Shown here: positions 47,901 to 56,497 of the stretch, one piece after another
Layout: every line of letters begins with the position of its first letter
Position numbering within the stretch: position 1 is the stretch's first letter
Source: a virus
Lineage: Duplodnaviria; Caudoviricetes
Virus record (IMG/VR): IMGVR_UViG_3300035703_000112
Location: 1 to 57,189 of that record
DNA: 57,189 bases
Reading direction: 5' to 3' (one strand)
The notes under the pieces: generated by a model
Told to the model about the DNA's origin: nothing
Database searches by the model: none
What the model saw: only the letters and a program-made list of their open reading frames with translations
Program-made: the position numbers and the translations under genes

Positions 47901-50642
47901 CCTGAATCTGTACTCGCTAAGTTTAAGAAGCTTAATGAAACGATAAAGGATTTGCGTAAGAAGATTAAGGAGGCTGAATCGGCTAAGTATGAAGAAGATT
48001 CTAAGGCTGCTATGCAAAACATCATCGAAGATGTAGAGCGTGAAAATCAGGCTAACGGTCCTAAATTATATACAGAGCAAGAGCTCGAGAATAAAATTAG
48101 AGAAGGAGTTCAGAAGGAAATTGATGGTATCTACGAAAAGATGCCAGCTGAAAAGAAAAGCAAAGCTCAACGGGTTGTAGATGCTCTCGATAATATTCAA
48201 CGTAAACTTCGTAGTAAGACATATGATGCTAGCTTAGGAGTTCCCGTAGCTTTCATTGATGCGGGAATTACTGCAATTAAGAATGCTATCAAGCTTGGTA
48301 TAGAAGTAGAGAAGGCTATTGAGATTGGAATTAAAACAATCAAGGATAAGCTCAATGGTGCTAAGTGGGATAAGGAGGCTGACTTCCGTAAGGATATGAT
48401 GGAAGGTTTTAAAGAGGAAGGAGTTGATGTTAAAAAAACAAAAGAAGTAAAGGCTAAGATTAATGATGATGGTACAATAACAATTCCCAACAAAGACATC
48501 CGTGATTTTGTATCTCAGGGAATTGAAGACATTGATGATTTGGCTGATGCTATATTAAATAAGTATCAAGCAGAACTTCCCGGCGTATCATCAAGACAAG
48601 TAAGAGATGCCATCACTAAGTATGGTAATGAATTATACCAAACAAGAGATGATATTTCAATAAAGCTTGGAAGAGCAAAGAGAATTGGAAGACTGCTTTC
48701 AGAGCTTGAGGATTTAAGGACTATGGATAAGGGTGCTTTCCTTTTGAAATATCAAAGAGTTAAGCCAGCCCAAGACAAGATATCTGAAAGAGAGAAGAGT
48801 CTGAAATATCTTATTCGTGAATTGGGGCGGGAAATTATGGGCGATGAGCCACTTCCCGACAACTATAACGAGCAAAAAGCCCTTGATACCGCCAAGAATA
48901 GAGTCGGTCGTAGAATCGAAGAACTTAGAGACAAAATCAGAAGAGGAGATTTCTCTAAAAAGCAAAAACGCAAAGTTCAGGCTGACCAAGAACTTCTTGA
49001 CCTTGAATCTCAACTTGAAGACGTTAAGTCTAAATATGATTTGGAGCACGAAAAGAATGAGCAAAAGAATAAGAAGTGGTATCAGAAAGCTGGCGATTTC
49101 GTATTAGAATTATTTAGCGGAATACCAAGAACATTGGTTACTGGTTTTGACCTTGGTATCATATTTACTCAAGGTATGATGAGGGTGTTTACTAATCCCG
49201 TAATGTCTGCAAAAGCATTATGGGAGGCTGGTAAGCAGTTCTTTTCAGAATCTAGACAAATAAGAATGGAGCAAGAGCTTAAATTATCTGGTGCTTATGC
49301 CTTGATTAAGAATTCTGGTCTTGCAATATCGGAAGGGTCTGAAAAAGCATCTGCTCAAGAACAGATATTTATTGTCAATTATGTAAACTTAATTTGGGAT
49401 ACATTCTCAAGAGTAATAACATTAAATTATAAGCCGGGAACTGCTTTTGTAAAAGCATTAAATCCTTTCAAGGCTTCCCAAAGATTCTTTGATGGCTACT
49501 TAAATTATATAAGAATAAATTCATTTCTTAACCTGTCAAATGCTATTGATAAAAATGGATATACTCCGGAAACGTATCCTGATGTTTACAAAGCTGCTGC
49601 TGAATTTGTAAATACTACTACTGGTAAAGGAGCAAAGAACATTCCAAAATCTCTTGGTTTATTAATGTTCTCTGCATCTAAAGTTGCTTCTGAGCTTAAG
49701 TTGTATACTCCTTATGCATTATATTATTATGCTGCAATGCCTAAGGCTGTAAGGAATAGGGCTATGCTTAACTTTGGAAAGTTTGCCTTGAGTTTTGGGA
49801 CAACTATGTTCTTGATGAGAGCCGCACTTGGCCAAGGTCAAGGCGGCGAAGATGATGATGATTTTTGGGACCCTACAAGTAGCAATTTCCTTACTTTCAA
49901 ATTTGGAAATCAAAGGGTATCATTTGCTGCTGGAGCTCGCCCAACCATTGTGTTTATGGCTAGATTGTTTAGTGGGAAGTATATTGACCAATATGGTCAA
50001 GAATCAAAATTGGGCGAGAGAACTGGTAAGCAAATTAATACTGAGTTCGACCTTATTGTTAGGTTTTTTACTGCGAAGGCAGCTCCAGTTCCCGCAGTTG
50101 CTATAAAATACTTGGATAAGAAGGCTGGTGTAGAAGTAGAAGATGATGTATTCAAAAATCTTGTTCTACCCATGTGGCTTCAGGATTCACAAGAACTTTA
50201 CGCTCAAAATCCTAAAGAAATAGGCGCATTGTATACTTTCATTTCCCTAGTCGGTGCTAACGTAAGAACGGTTGAAGAGTATACACAAAAAGAGCATAAA
50301 ATGCCTCAGAAGATTTCTTATACAGATGATTATAGTAGAAAGAGGGAAGTCGTGTTGACAGATGAGCAAAAAGCTGACTTCCAAAAAATGTTTAACGAAA
50401 AGTTCAAAAAGAATATTGACGATATACATAATTCAGAAACGTATAAAAAGCTTGAAAGCAAAAACGACAAAATATTGTTCGATGTTGTTTATGGCAAAAA
50501 AGCAAAAGACGATGCTGAATCTGATGCAAAGAAGGAGCTGATTAGAAAATATCGTGGTCCATTCAGTGAATTCCCAATAATACGAGAAACCCCAGAAGAG
50601 AAAGAAATAAATAGAATTCTGAACAGAGGCGAAAAGCGGTAA
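41973..50642 (+). CDS. Large polyvalent injected protein with ADP-ribosyltransferase and DNA-glycosylase-like domains
   Basis: 2889 aa; Gly/Ala-rich hydrophobic segment; FHRT...GYGVYFT...DGVI..NEIVVFDP (H-Y-E ART); WYDE...GPKIGNGFYMNL...LTMDRWF...LQAALW. Confidence 0.75.
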   Translation: MAENTYTGQNEDPKYRKKVYDILSSNFEDFKLSESDFYKKLDSDTGYAPKVYKVLKDNFADFEKPEKDFMSLVGPSKKKDLFGKITTSVGQLQKEAGKALGGVKKGLETVAAAAAEYEKPVLRTAGPVPTEVAPAKELEPIVKPSVGIVSESTKVPKIDIKAVQQQKAYEKKIADETPKETPYFGGVLGSTLQAIDSEYSPIGQLGVGDFIDDMGRAIASGVNQGDITTPANALLLAGKNASPEQIRKYIDAAKDYEKIGASEEMMKFSKTYQDEGKTIYGFLKGLAQNPGVVGELIVSSVTALANPSSLAAAGAVTGGFATSGAVGGGAPGAAAGAISSIPWAIGAAGTALETGLTFSELLNDKLKEKNLEFTEENVKSILEDEKTLKDIRTKSLARGVTIGAIDALTGRLAGKVGAKLASNTAASRVKAGLAASGIEMAGGSIGEASGRLVAGQPMDVAEIGLEGIAEGPMAIADVTSEVLRRPIYKVNGENRTEADVQEIINTSSPEELSQINIDIKNDVKGYKNKIQDIVTNNEMRNEIRQANPKADDATIDTLLKLENELKTFENNKTQSGKERASSIRSQIKQIQEEVSQKQEVVKPAGEVPQQTLLEQISKRIEEIDAEERGAAGEVAPEVPAAPKEITEPVTVVETQDLYKGLPISNVNGTGFHRTNVDVQSILKNGFVVPNQGRAKFGYGVYFTREPKETSFGENMVSSNFEGLKMVDLTNDDIIGDKFNAFNNAFTENGTIDYKKLTEELKANGIDGVITDNEIVVFDPSKIKNIKEYKAGEIAPEVPAAPTAAAPVPSIIEVKSPKEVKQGDTIVWRGEDFIVEEVNPKGGFNLRNAADRTNTVKDARITDEEFQGKRGEVAAAPKVEKFGVGFAPFREKNVFTEEEDVDIRTSPDYQLHQENVQKVAQGLGIKINNKLDTWGGYVDMETGRPVQEVSNIMEIEATPEQARVMAAILGKAAPEMQDSVLLGNYNENGAGFEHIVKTGSFENAKEAIKLLKDNELQYFSVDKNSGDVIILDLEATDTPKIINLVKQLNENGIPAKHKYGKVNAEFIGSGDYDGIIEAERSRVGAETGFDIDAFVQEAAGKYDAIKAARTQPVVSEVQKSIADKIRGLKIDLSKLGEGGAQSNIAGLPVALYNTVVEAVALAVEAGVAVNKAINDAVKQYKLDKAKDFDKDVLTREILKGIEITEPQVNPVYFENLKKFASESSFDNKIQFKNSIQSLFAKYLPELKAKFGKDFDPSNYDERARKYLVDLVTRESLNAIKKHPEAIGWYDEKTQSALDVISAIHPEIATDAEARGAFILPLAIMSNGNKVDFNFELAEKQYQFFKDNGRFNPDGEFGLQQSGIKKSLMLINSLLDNGLTMSDINKFLTSKYRAGDLKIKIDGKVKDLASGELADEQVYGAVILGPKIGNGFYMNLWGQFDQLTMDRWFMRTWGRMTGTLIEKDAAGIAEGKKRLSKALDEIKKDSEALAILKSLLPKISSLSIQDLAKSIEKVSMDKKKRAELSSNPKTDELRKAANSLSKNLSGEKEAPSTGKERRFIREVFTDVVNDLKNKYGIEISMADLQAALWYPEKILYESFKGGETFEAAAEGYTSDSAPDYLNAAKKLATKLGVNEEQINQALSRGRERAERIAGEGYPEGGRAISESYQDILGRVKEAIGEKPATEKVRAAAKTVRSLKIKQEGLQANIAGIPIALYNAALETIATALEAGASLTDAIREAIRKHKLNKQKDFDSDTFVKQLESVTGQTVEKIGGKYAIQIEAAGEVPVQPKAGVSEEVEGGVPGAKPKAAPEEGKAEGEEEKVRVSGIKKGLVSQEVLSRVNLNTVGDKELLESGKAIIESGEVKPKTVVNRVIDGGQGVLTPAEVVAMITYKADLDTKQEDLSKEIERRTKAGEDLGDLLVEYKDLQVEIDNYDIAAVITAQQQSLAFRLRRYLLDREYNITVQINRYKQTNGGTIPESVLAKFKKLNETIKDLRKKIKEAESAKYEEDSKAAMQNIIEDVERENQANGPKLYTEQELENKIREGVQKEIDGIYEKMPAEKKSKAQRVVDALDNIQRKLRSKTYDASLGVPVAFIDAGITAIKNAIKLGIEVEKAIEIGIKTIKDKLNGAKWDKEADFRKDMMEGFKEEGVDVKKTKEVKAKINDDGTITIPNKDIRDFVSQGIEDIDDLADAILNKYQAELPGVSSRQVRDAITKYGNELYQTRDDISIKLGRAKRIGRLLSELEDLRTMDKGAFLLKYQRVKPAQDKISEREKSLKYLIRELGREIMGDEPLPDNYNEQKALDTAKNRVGRRIEELRDKIRRGDFSKKQKRKVQADQELLDLESQLEDVKSKYDLEHEKNEQKNKKWYQKAGDFVLELFSGIPRTLVTGFDLGIIFTQGMMRVFTNPVMSAKALWEAGKQFFSESRQIRMEQELKLSGAYALIKNSGLAISEGSEKASAQEQIFIVNYVNLIWDTFSRVITLNYKPGTAFVKALNPFKASQRFFDGYLNYIRINSFLNLSNAIDKNGYTPETYPDVYKAAAEFVNTTTGKGAKNIPKSLGLLMFSASKVASELKLYTPYALYYYAAMPKAVRNRAMLNFGKFALSFGTTMFLMRAALGQGQGGEDDDDFWDPTSSNFLTFKFGNQRVSFAAGARPTIVFMARLFSGKYIDQYGQESKLGERTGKQINTEFDLIVRFFTAKAAPVPAVAIKYLDKKAGVEVEDDVFKNLVLPMWLQDSQELYAQNPKEIGALYTFISLVGANVRTVEEYTQKEHKMPQKISYTDDYSRKREVVLTDEQKADFQKMFNEKFKKNIDDIHNSETYKKLESKNDKILFDVVYGKKAKDDAESDAKKELIRKYRGPFSEFPIIRETPEEKEINRILNRGEKR
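43863..44376 (+). repeat. 37-bp direct repeat pair flanking the ART domain
   Basis: GCCGGGGAA(G/A)TCGCACCAGAAGTTCCCGCAGCACCAA at 43863-43899 and 44340-44376, one mismatch. Confidence 0.9.
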
Positions 50643-50691
50643 TAAAATGAACGTAAAAAACCTTAATTTTGATACATAAAATACAGATAAA

Positions 50692-51219
50692 ATGCCATTA
50701 GTTCCCAATTTTTCAACTAGTCAATCAGCGGGGAGCCCTTCTGTTATAACTATAACTGATACGTCCACGGGAAGTGATGTTGCTGTTACCCAGCGCCGTG
50801 TCTATCTTTTGGACTGGCAGGGAAATTATGTCGTTCCTTCAGGTACTACTACTAATTACATTCAATGGCCTATCGCACAAGCGACAATTAATATTGATTG
50901 CTTGACTCAAGATATGGCTTTGGAGGTGACCGTTGAATGGTTGAACGTAAGCAATGTGGCTTTGTATGATAAGACTGAATTGGTAGGATTTACTCTTTAC
51001 AATGAGACTTTCTACTATGCCCTGACGCAAGCACAAGCTGCTGCTTCAACTCCCACAACTATCCTACAAGATACGTCATTCCTGCAAAATAAGTCTAATC
51101 TTCGTTTGTTTATTGATAGCGGGAATCAAGCAGTCACGCTGGGATACGATATCGTATCTGCTCAGCAGTGCTATAACTTGGCTACCAACTTAAATACTAA
51201 CCAAGACCTCTATTACTAA
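50692..51219 (+). CDS. Virion protein (tail hub/fibre attachment candidate)
   Basis: Ig-like N-terminus (ITITDTSTGSD); TAATTTTG box at 50664-50671 upstream. Confidence 0.5.
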   Translation: MPLVPNFSTSQSAGSPSVITITDTSTGSDVAVTQRRVYLLDWQGNYVVPSGTTTNYIQWPIAQATINIDCLTQDMALEVTVEWLNVSNVALYDKTELVGFTLYNETFYYALTQAQAAASTPTTILQDTSFLQNKSNLRLFIDSGNQAVTLGYDIVSAQQCYNLATNLNTNQDLYY

Positions 51220-51740
51220 TGCCACTAACAGTAGCTCAAATAATTGACATTGGGAAAATATCTCAATACCTCGCTCAGAATGATGTTCTGAAGGGAAATC
51301 TTTTCTCTCCTCCTGTGGCTAGAACTACGCCGCAGATTCTTTATTTAGAGCGAAAGGCGGTAGAATGGATGTACAATATTGACCCAGCGAACACTTCCCT
51401 TGTACAAACCTCTCAATATCTATACAGCCTTTGCAGAGGATATAATTTACAAGCACAACAAATTTCGGGAACTGCTGGTGCAATATCTCCAGTCGTTCCT
51501 GCGCAAATTCCAAATCCATATGATTTTGAGGTAGATGCAACTTCCCTGATTACAAATGGGCAGTCTAGCGTCACATTAAACGCATTTATCGGATTCAACG
51601 TATTGTTTGTTCGGAATGGTATTCCTCAATCTACCATAAATACTGGGGGAAGCTATTACTCTTGGGTAAAAGCTACAGGAGTATTTACCATTTCCCCAGC
51701 GGCGGTAACAGGTGAACAATTCCAAATTTATCCAGTATAA
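51219..51740 (+). CDS. Virion protein (tail hub/fibre attachment candidate)
   Basis: C-terminal VRNGIPQ...YSW...TGVFTISPA...GE small beta-domain. Confidence 0.5.
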   Translation: MPLTVAQIIDIGKISQYLAQNDVLKGNLFSPPVARTTPQILYLERKAVEWMYNIDPANTSLVQTSQYLYSLCRGYNLQAQQISGTAGAISPVVPAQIPNPYDFEVDATSLITNGQSSVTLNAFIGFNVLFVRNGIPQSTINTGGSYYSWVKATGVFTISPAAVTGEQFQIYPV

Positions 51741-51742
51741 TT

Positions 51743-54700
51743 ATGAAGAAATTATTTTTACTTGTTCTGGGTTTAATTGTTTTCAAATTTGGGTACTCTC
51801 AGTACCCAATTCAGCAATTTATTGGGGCTGATAGCGCTATTGTTACGTCCAAAGGAGCTATGCAGAGTCGCTTTGTCAATGTTGTCTTTACTGACACTTC
51901 CCAAGCCAACACACAACGCATACGCCAATATCCCGGTGCTATGATTTATGCTGCTGGGAAGATGTGGGTCAGAAATACAACAGCTACTGGATGGACTGAA
52001 CTCGCTTATGGGCCAATATCCACAACAAATATTTACAATTCAAACGGAACATTGACGGGGAATCGTGACTTAGATGGAGGTGGTTATAATTTAACATTTA
52101 GTAGTATTGGAGGGGAATTCGGAGTTGGTGCTGATAGTATAAATTTTGTTCCAGCTTCGGGTAAATTTAGAATAAGTAGTTTAAATCAGGGAATAGGCTC
52201 TAAAGCTTTGAGATATGACCCAGTAACAAAACTTTTGTCTTATTCTGATACAACTAGTTCCCTAAATATCTACAATTCAGATGGCACACTAACAGGGAAT
52301 CGTGAACTGGATGGTAATAGCAATAATCTTACTTTCACAGCAGTAAAGAAATTTGAATTTTCTGGAGATAGCCTTTATTATATTCTTGACCCAGCGGGTA
52401 ACTTAAGGATAAAGCTCGGTAATCAGCAGCTTACAATGCAGGGGGACACGGCTTCCCTTTCTAGAAGAATATCTTACACGGGAAATCTTGGTTCTTCATT
52501 TACTAAACATAGCCTTGTAGACAAAAATTATGTGGACAGTATTGGTGTGTTAAGCCCTACAGGTTCGGGAACTACCAACTACGTTTCAAAGTGGACAGGT
52601 TCTACTGCATTGGGGAACTCACAGATATTTGATAATGGAACGAGTGTAGGAATTGGAACTGCGACTCCGAGTGCATCGTATTTGTTAGATGTTTCTGGAG
52701 CTTCAAGAATTAGTGGTAATACATATTTAGCTACTACTTCACAAACTTCACTAAACATTGGGAGTTCAAATTTTAGTGGAACACTTTGGACAGGCGGAAG
52801 TCATATATTTATTGGGTCATCTGCTAAAATATATGGTTCAACTGGGGCTGATGCTTCAATCGGTTCTAATTTATATTTTGATGGTTCTGCTGATAGAAGA
52901 ATCAGAGCCGGATTTGTTTCTGATATTTATTTTGATGCAAATGGTGATATAAATTTTAGAAGTGCTGGAAATGGTACTGCTAACTCAACATTAACTGCAA
53001 CAACAAATGCCGTAATCAAAAATAATGGCAATTTTTTAATTGGTAGCACAGTTGATGGCGGTTTCAAACTTTCAGTCACAGGCACTTTCCGTTCTACCTT
53101 AGATGCCAACATAAACGGATTGACAGTAGGTAAAGGAGGGGGAAGTGTTAGTGATAACACCGCTTTTGGTTATCAAGCAATCAACGGCACTTCAACTGGA
53201 ACATCAAACACAGCCATCGGATATATTGCGTTAAAAAGTTTAACATCAGGTTCATACAATAGTGCACTCGGTCTTAATGCTGGTAACTCACTAACCACTG
53301 GAAACCAAAACGTATTTTTGGGCTCTTATGCTGGTGGGAGTTTTACAACACAATCAAACAACGTAGCAATTGGATATTACTCGATGGTTAGCGCTACGTC
53401 AGCAGATTTCAATACTGCTATTGGTCATTCAGCATTTCAAAATACAACAAGCGCCGGAGGGGGTGTAGCGGTTGGATACCAAGCATTAAATGCAAACACG
53501 TCTGGAGATTACAATACTGGAATCGGTTACCAATCCTTACGAAGAAACACAACCGGAGCATACAATACAGCGATAGGGCATAGAACTTTGGATGCAGCGA
53601 TTACCGCAACTGGTAATACTTCTATCGGTTGGGCATCATTGATAAATGCAACTGGAGGATACAATACTGCAATAGGTAAAAATGCTGGTTATAGTACAAC
53701 TACTGGCACTTACAACATTTTCATAGGCGCAGACCCATCGTTGTCTTCTGGTAATGGTATCACAACCGGGAACTACAACACTATCATCGGTTCACAAATA
53801 ACAGGTCTCTCATCTTCCCTCTCCAATACAATCATATTAGCAGATGGACAAGGGAATCAGAGGTTGTATATTAACTCAAGTGGATATGCGGGTATTGGTA
53901 CTACTTCTCCGATTTCTCGATTATCTAATACTAACACTCAAATAACTGATGGTAATAACGGAACAAGTTTTAGCGGGATTCAATGGTCTTTAAGTGATGG
54001 AGGATATGCTTCTGCTATAAGCAATACAAATGCTTCTGCTACTGCTCACGGTCTTTTAGTTAAAGCATCTGGCGGTAGCCCATTAACAGTACAAGCGGGT
54101 AACACAACAAGATTTGTTGTTCTTCAAAATGGTAATACACTCATCGGCACAACCACAGATGCAGGCTACAAGTTAGATGTCAACGGTACTGCGAGAGTGA
54201 GTGCAGCAACAGGGAATGCTGATTTTAGTTTTTCAAGTGGCGGTAAGTTTAGAATAAGCAACAATAACTTTGCAAGCACACATTTTGAATATAATGCAAC
54301 AACAGCAACGACATCAATATATATATTCAGCACAAATAACGGAAACATAAGGAGTGATGGCTCTGGTATTTTTTACATAGGTAGTGGTCAAGATTTAAGA
54401 TTACAATCTGGTGGTTTTGCAAGTTCAAATGCTCAATCGTTTTTGATAAAAAGAAACGACCCCAATGCAACAAATGCTGTTGGGTTAGAAATAAATGATG
54501 GAGGTGCAACACCACACGCAAACTACAAACCATTTGTTGTAAAAATAAACAGTGTAGAACAAACACATTTTGACCAATATGGTGGGGGGCATTTTGGCAC
54601 ATCAACAAGTGTTTCATCTGCTATACTTTCAGCCACAAGCACAACAAAAGGTTTCCTACCTCCGAGGCAAACCCAAGCACAACGCACCGCCATAACTTCC

Positions 54701-54784
54701 CCAGCGGTCGGATTGATTGTATATCAAACGGATGCGACTGAAGGTTTGTATATTTACACCTCAACTGGATGGGTACAATTATGA
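51743..54784 (+). CDS. Tail-fibre/adhesin-like protein with an N-terminal Sec signal peptide
   Basis: MKKLFLLVLGLIVFKFGYS-Q; NIYNS.GTLTGNR twice; GIGT..P repeats; many NTAIGY.AL beta-roll repeats; C-terminal STTKGFLPPR...GLIVYQTD...W. Confidence 0.75.
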   Translation: MKKLFLLVLGLIVFKFGYSQYPIQQFIGADSAIVTSKGAMQSRFVNVVFTDTSQANTQRIRQYPGAMIYAAGKMWVRNTTATGWTELAYGPISTTNIYNSNGTLTGNRDLDGGGYNLTFSSIGGEFGVGADSINFVPASGKFRISSLNQGIGSKALRYDPVTKLLSYSDTTSSLNIYNSDGTLTGNRELDGNSNNLTFTAVKKFEFSGDSLYYILDPAGNLRIKLGNQQLTMQGDTASLSRRISYTGNLGSSFTKHSLVDKNYVDSIGVLSPTGSGTTNYVSKWTGSTALGNSQIFDNGTSVGIGTATPSASYLLDVSGASRISGNTYLATTSQTSLNIGSSNFSGTLWTGGSHIFIGSSAKIYGSTGADASIGSNLYFDGSADRRIRAGFVSDIYFDANGDINFRSAGNGTANSTLTATTNAVIKNNGNFLIGSTVDGGFKLSVTGTFRSTLDANINGLTVGKGGGSVSDNTAFGYQAINGTSTGTSNTAIGYIALKSLTSGSYNSALGLNAGNSLTTGNQNVFLGSYAGGSFTTQSNNVAIGYYSMVSATSADFNTAIGHSAFQNTTSAGGGVAVGYQALNANTSGDYNTGIGYQSLRRNTTGAYNTAIGHRTLDAAITATGNTSIGWASLINATGGYNTAIGKNAGYSTTTGTYNIFIGADPSLSSGNGITTGNYNTIIGSQITGLSSSLSNTIILADGQGNQRLYINSSGYAGIGTTSPISRLSNTNTQITDGNNGTSFSGIQWSLSDGGYASAISNTNASATAHGLLVKASGGSPLTVQAGNTTRFVVLQNGNTLIGTTTDAGYKLDVNGTARVSAATGNADFSFSSGGKFRISNNNFASTHFEYNATTATTSIYIFSTNNGNIRSDGSGIFYIGSGQDLRLQSGGFASSNAQSFLIKRNDPNATNAVGLEINDGGATPHANYKPFVVKINSVEQTHFDQYGGGHFGTSTSVSSAILSATSTTKGFLPPRQTQAQRTAITSPAVGLIVYQTDATEGLYIYTSTGWVQL

Positions 54785-55341
54785 TAGGAATATATAAAAT
54801 AACATTCCCTAACGGGCATTATTATTATGGCCAAGCCATCAATATAAGCAGACGATTTTCACAACACAAAAGAGAATTTAAAAAAGGAACACATACAAAT
54901 AAAAGGTTGCAAAATTGTTATCAAAAATATGGTGAGCCTATTTATGAAATCATTATTGAATGCGATAAATCCGAGTTAAACAAAATAGAATCAGAATATT
55001 TGTTTAAGCATATCGACGATGAATTGTGTTGCAATATGTGTAGAGAAGGAAGAAGCCCAAAAGGTATAAAAAGAAGTGATGAATTCAATAAAAAAATAAG
55101 TTTATACCAGCGAATGAATGGCAAGTCAAAGCCTGTTTATATGTTTAGCAGAGATAACATGGATATGCTTGGTAAATATGACACAATTCGTGATGCAGAA
55201 AAAGCTATCGGTGCCAATCCAAAAGATGTTCAAAAATCATGCAAATCAAATGGGAAATATAATGTTCGTGGTTACAAATTTATGTATGCTCAGCCTATTG
55301 ATAATTTATTAAATCATATTACAAACATTGTAAACTTTTAA
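54781..55341 (+). mobile_element. GIY-YIG homing endonuclease with a NUMOD1-like tail
   Basis: IGIYKIT...YYGQA..I.RR..QH; KPVYMF...YDTIRDA...GYKFMY; ATGA overlap with the fibre stop. Confidence 0.85.
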
Positions 55342-55351
55342 ATAAAACAAA

Positions 55352-55720
55352 ATGAAAAAAGCAATCATTACCCTTTTTCTTGCCTTTGGCTATGGTGCAA
55401 ATGCACAAACTATTGACAGCACTGTAACTAGTATTACAGCCGTTTACATTCAGCCCATCAAGGCTCAATTTACGGATTCCCTAATGTCAACAAATCTTGG
55501 TGTGCGGGTTATCGCAGATGACCTTAAAACAACCGCAACACTTTATTGGTGTTTGCTTATGTCAAATGGCGCTATATCTGTTCAGGGAAATTATACTATG
55601 ACGGGAGATGATTATACTGCTTGGTGTGCTGCTTCAAACCCAGTTCCTTGTAACATTTGGCCATTCACAGTAGTTGGTCGCGTATATAATCTTACATTTA
55701 TCAATCCATTAAATAAATAA
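55352..55720 (+). CDS. Fibre-associated protein with signal peptide
   Basis: MKKAIITLFLAFGYGANA-Q; DDLKTTATLYW.L...GNYTMTGDDYTAW. Confidence 0.65.
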   Translation: MKKAIITLFLAFGYGANAQTIDSTVTSITAVYIQPIKAQFTDSLMSTNLGVRVIADDLKTTATLYWCLLMSNGAISVQGNYTMTGDDYTAWCAASNPVPCNIWPFTVVGRVYNLTFINPLNK

Positions 55721-55739
55721 CCAAATAAAATTAAACAAA

Positions 55740-55991
55740 ATGAAAACTGCAATTAAAATTTCCATCTCGCTTTTTGTAATGATTGTTGTATTATCATCTT
55801 TTAGTAATTTTACGAAGGGAAATGACGCTACAACTTTGAAGTTTGAATTTACTACGGATGAGGTAAATCTCATATTTGAAGGACTAGGAGAACTTCCCGC
55901 AAAAAAATCAGAGGGTTTGAGAGTTAAAATTTATCAATCAGCACAGGAGCAACTGAAAGCGCAAGAGCAATCAGTTCCCAAGAAAAACTAA
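55740..55991 (+). CDS. Fibre-chaperone-like protein with a hydrophobic N-terminal signal
   Basis: MKTAIKISISLFVMIVVLSSF; FTTDEVNLIFEGLGELPAKKS..L..KI..AQEQ. Confidence 0.6.
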   Translation: MKTAIKISISLFVMIVVLSSFSNFTKGNDATTLKFEFTTDEVNLIFEGLGELPAKKSEGLRVKIYQSAQEQLKAQEQSVPKKN

Positions 55992-56000
55992 TAAATAAAA

Positions 56001-56183
56001 ATGGATACTCCAGCATCAGTAGGTAACGCACACGCAAGTTTGTTTATATCAATTTTTACTGCTGCGGTATCATTTGCTGATGCCGGGGAAGCCATGAAAA
56101 GTTTAGCCGGGCTTATTTCAATTGTGGCTGGAGTTATGGCAATTCGTTACTACTATCACGCAACTAAAAATGTAAAAAAATGA
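56001..56183 (+). CDS. Holin-like membrane protein
   Basis: 60 aa, two hydrophobic segments, basic C-terminus. Confidence 0.55.
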   Translation: MDTPASVGNAHASLFISIFTAAVSFADAGEAMKSLAGLISIVAGVMAIRYYYHATKNVKK

Positions 56184-56497
56184 ATTATACGAATTTAGTC
56201 CTGTTTGCTTTAGGATTGTTTGGAATTTTAATCCATAATCTAATTAAGGTTGATACAATCAATCGCCAATCTGAGGGTAACTTTAAATTCAAGAAATTTA
56301 TTTCTTTGGAATGGCCATCAATCGCCATCAGCTTTTCAGTAGTTGGTGTATGCTTGATTGCCAAACACGAAGTAAAACAACTTGAAGAAGTAGGGAACTG
56401 GCTCGGCTTGGCCTTCGTTACAATCGGGTACACGGCTCAGTCAATTGTATACAAATACTTAGGAACTGCTGAAAAGAAAATAAAAGGCGATGCATAA
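56180..56497 (+). CDS. Holin-like membrane protein
   Basis: 105 aa, three hydrophobic segments, basic tail. Confidence 0.55.
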   Translation: MNYTNLVLFALGLFGILIHNLIKVDTINRQSEGNFKFKKFISLEWPSIAISFSVVGVCLIAKHEVKQLEEVGNWLGLAFVTIGYTAQSIVYKYLGTAEKKIKGDA

